A DNA stretch of 61,145 nt from a virus (Duplodnaviria > Caudoviricetes): positions 1-61,145 of the IMG/VR virus record IMGVR_UViG_3300027844_000688. The stretch is one strand, 5' to 3'. The translations under genes and the position numbers were made by a program. Below the pieces are notes generated by a model. It had not been told where the DNA came from, did no database searches, and saw only the letters and a list, made by a program, of their open reading frames with translations. This document shows positions 17,768 to 27,112 of the stretch, in pieces (the first letter of the stretch is position 1; each line of letters starts with the position of its first letter).

Positions 17768-19110
17768 GGCTGCCCGCTCCCGACCTTTTCGATCATCTTT
17801 CTTGCCTGTTTAGCGATGTCCTTGATTCGATTACCCCCACTCCAGTCGAAAGAATCAGAATCGCCCGACTCGGCAAAGACCACTGTGCAGCTACCGCTCA
17901 ACTTCCCACTGCTGCTGTGAAAGTACGCCACCAGTTCGTAGGGTCGGCCCTTCCAAATCGCCTCTACCCGAGCACCGGCAGGGCCATAAGAGTGGTCATG
18001 TGTAGGCTTTCCAAGGAGGGGTGTATCTTTCGCCATCCCCATCGTACAGATACCCAGGCACAGATCATCGAGTCTGCCTTGTGCAGTGTCGGGGGTCGAA
18101 GCAGCGGTCTTGCCGAACCACGCCTGCTTCAAGACCTGCTCGGACTTCTCAACATCATCCAAGCCCTTTGGCATATCCTCGTCAGTCGGATGGTCTGTCT
18201 TTATGACAAGGCGATTGAGCGTAGAGAAAGCCTCACCCCCAGGTTCCTTGTCACGAATCTCTGAAGGGGTTGGAGGCGTCTTGGGACCGTCTGGAGAACT
18301 TGGGTGATTGGAATCAGCCTTGGATTGGGCGAACTCTCGGGTCTCCCTCGTCAGGGGGTTGTCGAAGAACAGATGGGCTGCGCCTCCGCTCCCAGAGTCG
18401 GCTTCGCCTTCCTCGGGTTCGTCGGTCTTGAACCAACTCTTACCCAGTTCACCCTCGGCTGGATCAACCAAGTCCTCTTCCTCGGCGGTCTTGCCGAACC
18501 ACTGTCCAGCCAGCTTTTGGGCTGCACTTTTCATTAGTTCCCTCGGGCTGAACAATCCAAAGTTCTTGGGGTCCAAGACGGAATCCCGAACCTTGTCCCC
18601 ACGCTCTACAACGAAGTCTGTGGTGCCACGGAAAGCGGCATCTCCGTCATCTCCAGCCTGGGATTTGTTTGAGTATGGCCCGTAGGTGTCTCCATCCTCG
18701 GTGCTGACGTACCACTTGCGGGGGTCCAGATCCTTGAGACCCTTACGCCCTGCCTGCTTCTGGTCCTGTCCCGCCAGCTTGCCTCCCGTCATACGGGAAA
18801 GCTGCTTGTAGGCGGCAGGTGCGTTTTTCTTGGCTCGTTCGACCTTATCTTCCCCTCTGGGGGTGTCTTCAAGACTGTTCGACAAACGGTCAGTAGACCG
18901 CTTGAGGTCAGAATCACTCATCTGCTGAATCTGCTCTGCCGAGTAGTTGAACTCCTTTTCAAGAGCATCATGGAGCGCATAGAAGTAACCAATCAGGTTC
19001 TTTCGACCTCTTGGTAGCGATGCGGCTTCCAGACCTTCACTGTAACGAGGCCCGCCTACGGTTCCCATAGGTGCCCCAAGAGGGTACTCGCCGTCTGCGT
19101 GCCTGTTCAT
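17764..19110 (-). CDS. Hypothetical modular protein (probable start MNRHAD at 19110)
   Basis: GAGG RBS. This start avoids overlap with the upstream gene. Contains repeated WFGKTA and KLAG/KQAG. Confidence 0.65.
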   Translation of the reverse strand: MNRHADGEYPLGAPMGTVGGPRYSEGLEAASLPRGRKNLIGYFYALHDALEKEFNYSAEQIQQMSDSDLKRSTDRLSNSLEDTPRGEDKVERAKKNAPAAYKQLSRMTGGKLAGQDQKQAGRKGLKDLDPRKWYVSTEDGDTYGPYSNKSQAGDDGDAAFRGTTDFVVERGDKVRDSVLDPKNFGLFSPRELMKSAAQKLAGQWFGKTAEEEDLVDPAEGELGKSWFKTDEPEEGEADSGSGGAAHLFFDNPLTRETREFAQSKADSNHPSSPDGPKTPPTPSEIRDKEPGGEAFSTLNRLVIKTDHPTDEDMPKGLDDVEKSEQVLKQAWFGKTAASTPDTAQGRLDDLCLGICTMGMAKDTPLLGKPTHDHSYGPAGARVEAIWKGRPYELVAYFHSSSGKLSGSCTVVFAESGDSDSFDWSGGNRIKDIAKQARKMIEKVGSGQP

Positions 19111-19114
19111 ATCT

Positions 19115-20119
19115 CTAACCTCTACTTGCCCGTAGCTGACGACGGCGTTGAAGATGGGCCAAGCGTGCTTGCTTACCAGACGAAGGGGAGCGAGGCTCGG
19201 TAGTGACACCGGGGAGGCTCCCCGATTCTTGAGTCTCACGAAGTTCCCGGTTCTCTTGCTGGGTGAACTCTCCACCCATGTACGCCTCATCACCGTCCAA
19301 AGACTCCAAAGGACCACCAACCTCACGGCCAATGTCTGATGGGTCCATGTCGGAGGCAACTTTGGCCTTTTGGATAGCCTTCGTCATCGCTTTTTCCATA
19401 GCGGCGTCAGCTTCTTCTGCTGTTGCACCGCTCTCATAAGCAGACTTACTCGCATCCCAGATCTTTGGGATCGACATCATGTTGATGGTGATCCGATTAC
19501 CCAACCGGGAGTAGGTACTGTTGATGTGCTTGTCCAGCTTCTTACCTTTCAGCGGCTTCGCATCAGCAGCGGTCTTACGAAGCTCCTGCAAGCGAGCCTT
19601 CTTCTTCTTCTCAAACTTCTCCAAAAGCTCGGCGGGCATCTTGCCGTCGTCCTTCTTCTTGTCGTCCTTCTTGTCGTCCTTCTTGTCGTCGGACTTGGAC
19701 TTGGCCTTACCGGCGGCAGCAGGGCCTCCAGACTCACACATCTCACGCATCTTCCCGGCGGGCATCTTCTCGCAACCCGCAGCCTTGGCCGCACGAAGCA
19801 CACGAAGACGGCGTAGGGTCTTCAGCCGAGCTTGCTTACCGGGTGCCGGGGCACGAGGGCCGTCAACCGGGGATGAACCCAGGTCGCCTGCTTCCTGTCG
19901 GTCTGAAAGCTCACGCCAGATCTGTTGTGTGAAATGACCACCCATGTACCCGCTCTCGTCGGCTTCTGATTCCAGGGGGCCTGCGTTCTCACGAACGATG
20001 TCCTCTGGATCGAAGTCCGCCAGGACAACTTTCAAGATGTCCTTCCGAAGCTCGGGGTACTGGTGGGCCATGCGAACCATTCGGCTCAAAAAAGTCATGG
20101 GAGTCATGGGATACCTCAC
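19115..20119 (-). CDS. Hypothetical protein with two FTQQ modules and an N-terminal AHQYPELR helix
   Basis: Internal duplication, DDKK repeats and KxA sites. Confidence 0.75.
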   Translation of the reverse strand: MRYPMTPMTFLSRMVRMAHQYPELRKDILKVVLADFDPEDIVRENAGPLESEADESGYMGGHFTQQIWRELSDRQEAGDLGSSPVDGPRAPAPGKQARLKTLRRLRVLRAAKAAGCEKMPAGKMREMCESGGPAAAGKAKSKSDDKKDDKKDDKKKDDGKMPAELLEKFEKKKKARLQELRKTAADAKPLKGKKLDKHINSTYSRLGNRITINMMSIPKIWDASKSAYESGATAEEADAAMEKAMTKAIQKAKVASDMDPSDIGREVGGPLESLDGDEAYMGGEFTQQENRELRETQESGSLPGVTTEPRSPSSGKQARLAHLQRRRQLRASRG

Positions 20120-22293
20120 TCGATTTCAATGCCACCGAAGAAGACATCGCCAAGGTCTTCATAATCGGGTGCTTCTTCATTTATTGAAAGATTGTCAGAT
20201 GCAAGGGTCAGGCTGAACTCTTGCGGATCGTGAGTCGGAGCAAAAAGGTTGGCCGTCAACTCGGCATCCGAAGCCTCTGCCTGACGGATCATCTCACGCT
20301 GATAGGCCGCTTTATCTTCTGCGGGAAGCTCATCCATCAACTGCTTCCCGTATTTTGTGCATGTGCCTCTGGAGTTGCAGGTACAAGCAGCACACTGCGA
20401 CATAGACATCACGAACTGAAGATCGTTTGTACGGTGCCGCTTGGCCCCATCCTCGCATCCTTCCAACCCTGTCGGAGTCGCATACGCCGCTGCATCCACA
20501 TAGAGATGTCCAGAGACGCCCTCATACTGCTTACGTGCCTCGGCGAGAAGATCCTTGGTAGCTGTTCGTAGCCCCTTGGTGAACCGTAGCTTGAGAATCT
20601 GCGTCAGGTCTGTACCTGCCATGCCCTCGGACATCTGCTTGCGAGCCCACCGGAGCATCCCTTTGATCTCACCAGCACGGAAACCGGATGTCTTGGCCGC
20701 CTGAATGATCCTGGCGTCTTCCCCAGTGAACCCAGTGAAACTCTCTGACTTCTGGGAGACACCTTCATAGGCTGCACCGTCATACTGCTTGGCCTTCTTG
20801 GAACGGATCTTCACAAGCTCCTTGTTCTCGGAGATGATCTCGGAAGCCCCCTTCAGCAGTTCTTCAGCAGAACCCTCTGTCGCCAATAGAACCTGTGCGT
20901 CCCGTTCGGGGATGAGCCCTGCGTCAGCCCACTTCTGGATCTTGACCTTGGCTTGCTTCACCCGACCTGCCTCAACTGCGGCTGTCTTCTCGGCTACCTT
21001 GTCCTCGGCAGTTGCCAACCTCTTCCAAGCGGCGTCCTCCGAGATGTTCGGTGTGTCCAGAACCCCAAGGCCGGTTCCCTCGTAATCAGAGGTCGCCGTC
21101 CGTTGGATCAATGCAACACCGATCTTCAGAACGTCCCGGGGGTCTGCCTCCGACGCAACGAGCCGCCGTGCTTCTTTACGATTCAGAAGCCCTGCTTCCA
21201 ACCACCGAATGATCTGATGGTGTGCTTTCTTACGGACAGAAGCAGCTTGTCGGCCTGCCAAATCCACGATCTCTTGCTCGGTAGGCTCCGCTTCAGCAAA
21301 AACCTTACGTGCGTCCGCATGACTAATGGTGTCTGCGGGTCGAACATCTACCGGCTTGGTGCGCTGGGCCTGCTTGGGGCTCAAGTTCTTCGGAATAGAC
21401 AAGAACGCCAGCCGAAGGATCTCTTTGGGATCTCCCTCGGAAGCGACCTTGAACCCGGCAGACTGGAGACGGGGAGCGTAGAGCCGATATGCCTTTTTCC
21501 AAGGCACCTCGTCCACCACCTCCATCTTTAGGACATCACCAAGGGGCGAACCCTCTTCAGCGATGACGTAGCGCACTGCGGCACACTTGCGGCGAAGGGT
21601 CTTCTTCCACTTACCGTTGTGAAGCCCGGGGAAGGCTGCGGCGTAAATGAAGACGTTGCCTGCGAGGCCATGTTCGTCTTTGACTTGGCGTAGGTCATCC
21701 TCGACCAGATGGAAGTCGTGGCCGAGAGTCTCGGCTGCTTCTTTGAGGATGTCCTGGATTGGATCACCATAGGCAGATCGTCGGTGTGCTCGGAACACAA
21801 CTCGATCCAACTCATCTTGGGCCGCCTGCTTTTCAGGCTTCTCACCACGAAGGGCTGCCTCGTAATCGGCAACGGCTTTATCCACGTTGGGAACGATTCC
21901 GTCCGTCCTACGATCTACGCCCCAGGCTTGTTCAAGCTCGGCGATACCTCGATTTACGGGGTTCTTGGGAAGTCGTGCGGGATCTTGTTCACCGTGCAAC
22001 CAGCCCAAGCCAGCCAGGGAACCTTCCTTCATCAACTCGGATAGATCGCCAATGCCTTCATGCTCGGAGCGACAAATACCTACGGGGATGTCATCCGCTT
22101 CACCGACCTTTGGATCGGACACAAGGCCGTCAGGCAACTGGGAAAGTCCTCGGGCTTCTGGGAGCCGTGCTCGATCCAGAACGCCATCGCCGTAATCCAT
22201 GTCGAAGTCAAAGCCGTCCATCCCGTAGTTCCACCCATTGGAAGGCGTGAAATCGGTGGGGAGGTTTGACCCTGCGTTTTTCTTCTTACTCAT
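20116..22293 (-). CDS. Large hypothetical (probable head-associated) protein with internal repeats and a Cys cluster
   Basis: Probable start MSKKKNAG coupled to the upstream stop. Two W..AGL repeats. CAACTCNSRGTC near the C-terminus. Confidence 0.7.
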   Translation of the reverse strand: MSKKKNAGSNLPTDFTPSNGWNYGMDGFDFDMDYGDGVLDRARLPEARGLSQLPDGLVSDPKVGEADDIPVGICRSEHEGIGDLSELMKEGSLAGLGWLHGEQDPARLPKNPVNRGIAELEQAWGVDRRTDGIVPNVDKAVADYEAALRGEKPEKQAAQDELDRVVFRAHRRSAYGDPIQDILKEAAETLGHDFHLVEDDLRQVKDEHGLAGNVFIYAAAFPGLHNGKWKKTLRRKCAAVRYVIAEEGSPLGDVLKMEVVDEVPWKKAYRLYAPRLQSAGFKVASEGDPKEILRLAFLSIPKNLSPKQAQRTKPVDVRPADTISHADARKVFAEAEPTEQEIVDLAGRQAASVRKKAHHQIIRWLEAGLLNRKEARRLVASEADPRDVLKIGVALIQRTATSDYEGTGLGVLDTPNISEDAAWKRLATAEDKVAEKTAAVEAGRVKQAKVKIQKWADAGLIPERDAQVLLATEGSAEELLKGASEIISENKELVKIRSKKAKQYDGAAYEGVSQKSESFTGFTGEDARIIQAAKTSGFRAGEIKGMLRWARKQMSEGMAGTDLTQILKLRFTKGLRTATKDLLAEARKQYEGVSGHLYVDAAAYATPTGLEGCEDGAKRHRTNDLQFVMSMSQCAACTCNSRGTCTKYGKQLMDELPAEDKAAYQREMIRQAEASDAELTANLFAPTHDPQEFSLTLASDNLSINEEAPDYEDLGDVFFGGIEIE

Positions 22294-22918
22294 CGTGTTC
22301 TCCCCGCATGTATCGGTCAGCGAGCATTGAGGATGGGGTCTTGCGACGAGCGGTCTTGATACGAGCGGTCTTGCCGTGTGCCGCATCCATCTCTTCTTCC
22401 TCTTCGTCAGCCCACGATTCGGGATCTTCCTTGATTTCCTCGGCGTCTTGGACGATCTGCTCGACCTCGGCCCGGTCTTCTGGGTCTTCCTGACGGGAAA
22501 TAGCTGCCCAATGGGGTGCCCGCACTTCGTCGTAGATCGTGTCCGTCAAAGCAGAGAGAGCCTCGACCACGTTCATGTACTGCCGACGCATCTCGGCGAT
22601 CTTCTGGATGTACCCCTTGCCGCCCAACGACCCATCTGGGCTGACATCGGCAGACTTGAGCCTTGCGAACTTGTGATAGGCCGATATGGCGTGGCCCAGC
22701 GATGCCGTAGTGGCTCGTAGGATTCGGGCTAACGCCCTGACCTTCTTCGGATCGAAGGCATAGTCAGGACCAATCCGACGTTCCTGGGGGCCTGTGTCAT
22801 TCCATGCCCACTGGGAAGAATCCCCCGATTTGTCCTTGATAAAACGGACTTCTCCTGCCGTTTTGGACAGGGATGCCAGTTTCTTTTGGGCAACTCGTTT
22901 TGGATCTGGTTCAATCAC
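22286..22918 (-). CDS. Hypothetical protein
   Basis: 210-aa ORF with RVAQKKL, KTAG and KTAR motifs. Confidence 0.7.
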   Translation of the reverse strand: MIEPDPKRVAQKKLASLSKTAGEVRFIKDKSGDSSQWAWNDTGPQERRIGPDYAFDPKKVRALARILRATTASLGHAISAYHKFARLKSADVSPDGSLGGKGYIQKIAEMRRQYMNVVEALSALTDTIYDEVRAPHWAAISRQEDPEDRAEVEQIVQDAEEIKEDPESWADEEEEEMDAAHGKTARIKTARRKTPSSMLADRYMRGEHDE

Positions 22919-22935
22919 ACCAATACCTCTCGTTC

Positions 22936-23841
22936 CTACATCACGGGCATCATAGGAAGATTACCTGCCGTCACTGCCAAGGGGGCGTCTCCACTGGAGA
23001 AGTCCTGTTCAAGCATGGCGAGATCCAGCGACAGCTTTCCACCCGAATACGTGATGTAGCGTTTCCCCATACACAGCATGAGCCTTACAACGAAGGCGAT
23101 GGGGAGCAAAGTGAAGGTTCCGAATCCAAGTCCGTTCATCAAAGCGCCTAATGCAGACCCAGGAACCGACCCGATCAAGTCCCCCATTGAGATCTGACCT
23201 GCCATAACCGCCCCAAGAGCATCCAAATCCCACTCGAACTCAACCACGTTCATCCAAATCCAGATGAACATGGCGACCATTAGAACCTTGCTGACCCTCG
23301 GCAGATGCTTTTTGAGCCAGATGTCAAACTGATCCACCTTGGGTCGGACATTCTTCTGAAGCCAACTCTTGAACCCTGGAAGCTGCTTCATCCCCGATTC
23401 AAGCATGGCATTCACAGAGAGCAGCTTGGATTCATCCATCGTGTAGAGCTTCAAGGGCCAGCGTTGAAATGCCTTGCCGATCCCCTCCCGCAGTGCCTTG
23501 AAGCCTCTTTCAGCCAAGTCCTTGATATGCTTGGGGCGAAGCTCCGTGAGCTTCGCTACACCCAGAAACTCCTTGAACGAGACCCACAGCTTCTTCCCCT
23601 TCTTGAGAAAGAACTGGACCATCTCCTTCAGCTTCTTGACCAACCCCCCAAAGGCAACCTTGCCCTGGTGCATTGGTAGATAGAAATGTTCGGCAAACGC
23701 CTCTATGACCTCGGGTGTGAAGTCCCACAGCGCAGCAGACCGGGTGTGAAATGACGTTTCACCCATAAAGGCTTCTCGGGCGGCCAAACGGCACAAATGT
23801 CGGTCGGCTACCCTACACGCTGAAGATGGATCATAACTCAT
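22936..23841 (-). CDS. Hypothetical membrane protein
   Basis: Hydrophobic C-terminal segments (VLMVAMFIWIWMNVV; FGTFTLLPIAFVV). N-terminal RVADRHL. Confidence 0.7.
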   Translation of the reverse strand: MSYDPSSACRVADRHLCRLAAREAFMGETSFHTRSAALWDFTPEVIEAFAEHFYLPMHQGKVAFGGLVKKLKEMVQFFLKKGKKLWVSFKEFLGVAKLTELRPKHIKDLAERGFKALREGIGKAFQRWPLKLYTMDESKLLSVNAMLESGMKQLPGFKSWLQKNVRPKVDQFDIWLKKHLPRVSKVLMVAMFIWIWMNVVEFEWDLDALGAVMAGQISMGDLIGSVPGSALGALMNGLGFGTFTLLPIAFVVRLMLCMGKRYITYSGGKLSLDLAMLEQDFSSGDAPLAVTAGNLPMMPVM

Positions 23842-23844
23842 TCA

Positions 23845-24444
23845 TCACACCTTGAGAGGCTCACCACCATCATCAAAGAGGCGGGAAATGACGTAATCTT
23901 CTCCATCCTTGGATACAGACCAAAGATCCTTGGTTGCCTTATGGACCAGTTCACCCTCTTTCTCCCCGGCAGACATAAACAAGGATGAGATATCTCCAAG
24001 GTTAGAGGTCCGCAGAGCCATCGACTGGGCCTGCTTGATGCTTCTACGCAGATGCGTGGTGTCCATCGGACAGAACTCACCCGTGTCCCACTTCACGAAG
24101 ACCCGAGTGTTGTGGGCCGTGATGTCCCCGAACGCCGAACGGACCATCACAACGGTCCCCTCTGTTCCAGGGTGAGGTGGGTTGTCATAAGACATGACAG
24201 CACCGAGAGCGCCTGCAAAGCGAACCCTGGTTCCCGCTTCCACGGGTAGGCCGAGTGCGTTCCTCTCACGGTCTCGTTGGGTAAGGGCTTGGAGAGATGA
24301 AGTTCGACCGTCTTCGAGGTTGGTGGCGGTCAGTGTTTGATCTACGGCACCCCCCAGAAAATGATCAATCGACCCTACGGTATCTTCAGTCGCAGCAGTC
24401 CTTCCGAACGCCGACTGCATCAAAGTGTCCCAAAAATCGCTCAT
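23845..24444 (-). CDS. Hypothetical protein (SH3-like core)
   Basis: GTRVRF...GTEGTVVMV...VFVKWDTG. Confidence 0.65.
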   Translation of the reverse strand: MSDFWDTLMQSAFGRTAATEDTVGSIDHFLGGAVDQTLTATNLEDGRTSSLQALTQRDRERNALGLPVEAGTRVRFAGALGAVMSYDNPPHPGTEGTVVMVRSAFGDITAHNTRVFVKWDTGEFCPMDTTHLRRSIKQAQSMALRTSNLGDISSLFMSAGEKEGELVHKATKDLWSVSKDGEDYVISRLFDDGGEPLKV

Positions 24445-25685
24445 TACATTCTCCTATGGGCTGCCCAGCCTACAGTTGTGGTTTGCACCCCACCGGGGAA
24501 CTCGATGTCGAACCCTGTGGCTGCTTTATTGGTAGTGATAGCCAGAGCATTGAGCCCAACCTCCAGCGATACCGTGTAGGAATCGTCTGGATGAGCGACC
24601 GTGAACGCCACTGAAACCGTGTCTGCGGTAGCAAAGTCAGCCGTACCGATCTGGAGTGGCTCGGCCAGCGTGCCTGCGCCTGCAACAGCCCCACGGCTGC
24701 AACCCACCAAGGTCGCTGCGGAGGTGCCATTCAGGGTCACATCCCCAAGGGCACAGCCAACGGCTGCCAATGAGCGGTCTCCGTTCATCGTCAGATTGGC
24801 AACGCTGCCACAGTTCGAGATGGATAATGATCCATCTCCTTCCAGGTTTGCGGAGATGGGTGTAGCCAACGTCGAGGTCGAAGCGACCGCTGTGCAGTTG
24901 GCGACACGATATTGTGAACCCACTGCGGAAGGCTTGGTAGCCGATGCGTCCTCGTAATCCAGTTGAAGACCGACAACCTCGTTGACGCTATCGAGCGTGA
25001 ACTCGGCGACTTCTTCAACCAAACAAAGAGCAGTTGGGGCGCTGGCCCCCATGTCCCCACCTTGGACGTGGACCACGTTCACGGAGCTTGCCCGAACCGG
25101 GTAGCCCCCTGCGCCTGTGGCTGTAAGTTTGCAGCCCTCAATGGACACCCCAACCGCTCCGATTTCGGAGGCAGCGCCTCCGATCACCCGAATACAGGCA
25201 TACCCATCATGGGCGTTCGTGACGTGGAGGTTCCGAAAGATGGCTTGCTCGGGGACTGTCCCCCCGCCTTCTTGGATCGTGATCGTATCTGCCGGGTCGG
25301 TGTTGGGGGTCGCTTCAGTAGCCGATTGGATCACCGCACCACCAAGTCCTACGAGATGTACCCCATTACGGGAGATCATAAGGTCTTCTTGGTAGACGCC
25401 TGGGCATATCAACACGACGTATGGATCGGTGTCACTCGACGAGACAGGGATCGCATCGAGGGCAGCTTGAATCGCAGAATAGGGGGCACCTGTTCCGCTC
25501 TTGCCCACGACCAAAACCCCGGTGATTCCTTGGATACCAGCCAACTCGGAGAGCTTGACGCCGCCCGTGACAACAGCGTCCACGAACTTCAACGCCCCGT
25601 CAGCGGCGTTGCGGGTGATCGTCAGAGTATCGCCGCTACCGGGCTCAATCTGAAGTTGATCTATTTGCAAAGGATCTTGGGCCAT
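24444..25685 (-). CDS. Tailspike/fibre-like protein with a pectin-lyase-type beta-helix
   Basis: YSAIQAALDAIP...VLICPGVYQE is a typical beta-helix cap. C-terminal V.F......Y.V...K...GF domain. Start MAQDP with GAGG RBS. Confidence 0.7.
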   Translation of the reverse strand: MAQDPLQIDQLQIEPGSGDTLTITRNAADGALKFVDAVVTGGVKLSELAGIQGITGVLVVGKSGTGAPYSAIQAALDAIPVSSSDTDPYVVLICPGVYQEDLMISRNGVHLVGLGGAVIQSATEATPNTDPADTITIQEGGGTVPEQAIFRNLHVTNAHDGYACIRVIGGAASEIGAVGVSIEGCKLTATGAGGYPVRASSVNVVHVQGGDMGASAPTALCLVEEVAEFTLDSVNEVVGLQLDYEDASATKPSAVGSQYRVANCTAVASTSTLATPISANLEGDGSLSISNCGSVANLTMNGDRSLAAVGCALGDVTLNGTSAATLVGCSRGAVAGAGTLAEPLQIGTADFATADTVSVAFTVAHPDDSYTVSLEVGLNALAITTNKAATGFDIEFPGGVQTTTVGWAAHRRM

Positions 25686-25692
25686 TTCATCC

Positions 25693-26121
25693 TCACACAA
25701 ATACGTCGTAGCCAACATCACCCGTATAGGTGATGCCAGTTTCGATAGTGAATCCGGTAATCGTTTTGCTAATCACTCGAACAAGAATGAAGTCCTCGGT
25801 CGAAAAAACCACCCGGTAGTTGGTGTTGGACATGGCCGTATCAAACGTCACGTCCTTGCTTGTCTCGATATCAAAGCTCTCAATACCGTTGCTTGCTGAT
25901 GTCTGGGCCACGAGATCCTCCACCTGACCAATCGCCGTCTGGATGTCATCCAATACAGCTTGTGGGAGAGACGAGTATGAGTCTTGGATCAACCCATTAG
26001 GCGTCTGCATGTTTCGCACGGAGACCACCGATGAAGAATCCAAGACCACGTTGAAGTAGTAGCTTTCCTCCCCCGATGAGGACTTGTAGGAAAACTCGGA
26101 TTGAACAAGCGATACGGCCAT
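25693..26121 (-). CDS. Virion protein sharing the C-terminal domain of the adjacent fibre gene
   Basis: VTFDTAMSNTNYRVVFS...KTITGFTI matches VAFTVAHPDDSYTVSLE...KAATGFDI. Confidence 0.65.
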   Translation of the reverse strand: MAVSLVQSEFSYKSSSGEESYYFNVVLDSSSVVSVRNMQTPNGLIQDSYSSLPQAVLDDIQTAIGQVEDLVAQTSASNGIESFDIETSKDVTFDTAMSNTNYRVVFSTEDFILVRVISKTITGFTIETGITYTGDVGYDVFV

Positions 26122-26123
26122 TG

Positions 26124-26441
26124 TTACCAAATCCCCGTAGTCTCAAAGCCGCGCTTCTCGAACCAATCTTTGAGGTTTATCAAGGACGTTCGGTTGCCCG
26201 ACCAAAGAGTGATGGAGTCGAAACCTTCTTCAATCCCCATGTCAGTGATGGGCTCTACCCCCGCCATGCGAATCTTGGCATCACGGAGAGAGCGTAGGAG
26301 GCCAGGAAGATTACGGATTTCAATGGCCCCGAAGTACACCTTGAGACGGTACTCTTCAGTCGCCTGCTTACGGAGCCATTGGCGAGCCAAGGACTTCGCC
26401 ATAATGACTCGTCTTTCTGAAGGTTTCTCTTTTTTTGCCAT
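26124..26441 (-). CDS. Hypothetical protein, first gene of the structural block
   Basis: Probable start MAKKEKP at 26441. Contains SLARQWLRKQA. Confidence 0.65.
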   Translation of the reverse strand: MAKKEKPSERRVIMAKSLARQWLRKQATEEYRLKVYFGAIEIRNLPGLLRSLRDAKIRMAGVEPITDMGIEEGFDSITLWSGNRTSLINLKDWFEKRGFETTGIW

Positions 26442-26481
26442 CGTCTTTACCCGCCTGTGGAGCCTCACTGGAAGGTAAGCA

Positions 26482-26495
26482 ATAATCAGAATACC
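26482..26495 (-). promoter_or_regulatory. Putative phage late-promoter motif (GGTATTCTGATTAT-N12-AGTG)
   Basis: Lies at the boundary between the replication and structural blocks. Confidence 0.55.
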
Positions 26496-26506
26496 GATAC
26501 GGCCCG

Positions 26507-27112
26507 TCAATCAACGGTATACATGACTGGGCTGGCCTGTGGATTCCTCTGAACCTCCCGAAGAATGTTCAGATTCTCGGAGATGGTCGTAAACAACGTG
26601 GCATAATCCATCATCCTGGTGTTATTTGACATCCTCTTGATAGAGCGGATGAAGCGGTGGCGTACAAGCCCCTGGCTAACACCAAGCCTCTTGGCAACTT
26701 CGCTCTGACAGGTCGTATCGAACATCAAGGCCATGATGTCCACGTCCAGCGGGTCCGAGAGGAACTTCCGTAAGTCATCTACCAGCTTGTCCCGACAGAT
26801 ATCAGGAAGCTCCAAGATGAACTGGATGCGGGCAGTGGCCCTTTGTAGTCGATAACAGACCGTTGGTTGGCTCACGTTGAAGATGGAAGCGATGTCGGTC
26901 TGCTTCAGGTGCCGGAAGTAGTAGAGGTCTATGAAGTCGGCCTCTCTTGGGGGGAGATCCCCCAAGATCCTTTTGATTCGGTCGATCTTTTCGAGTGCCT
27001 CGTCGTCCGGTTCGGTGAATATCGAATCCAACGCCGAGATGCCATCTTCGTTAGCAAACCTTGTTTCTATTTCCGTTGGATCGATCATATGGTGTCCTGT
27101 CCATCTACCCAT
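26507..27112 (-). CDS. Protein with two tandem sigma70 region-4-like HTH domains
   Basis: LPPREADFIDLYYF..LKQTDIASIFNVSQPTV and CQSEVAKRLGVSQGLV. Confidence 0.75.
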   Translation of the reverse strand: MGRWTGHHMIDPTEIETRFANEDGISALDSIFTEPDDEALEKIDRIKRILGDLPPREADFIDLYYFRHLKQTDIASIFNVSQPTVCYRLQRATARIQFILELPDICRDKLVDDLRKFLSDPLDVDIMALMFDTTCQSEVAKRLGVSQGLVRHRFIRSIKRMSNNTRMMDYATLFTTISENLNILREVQRNPQASPVMYTVD

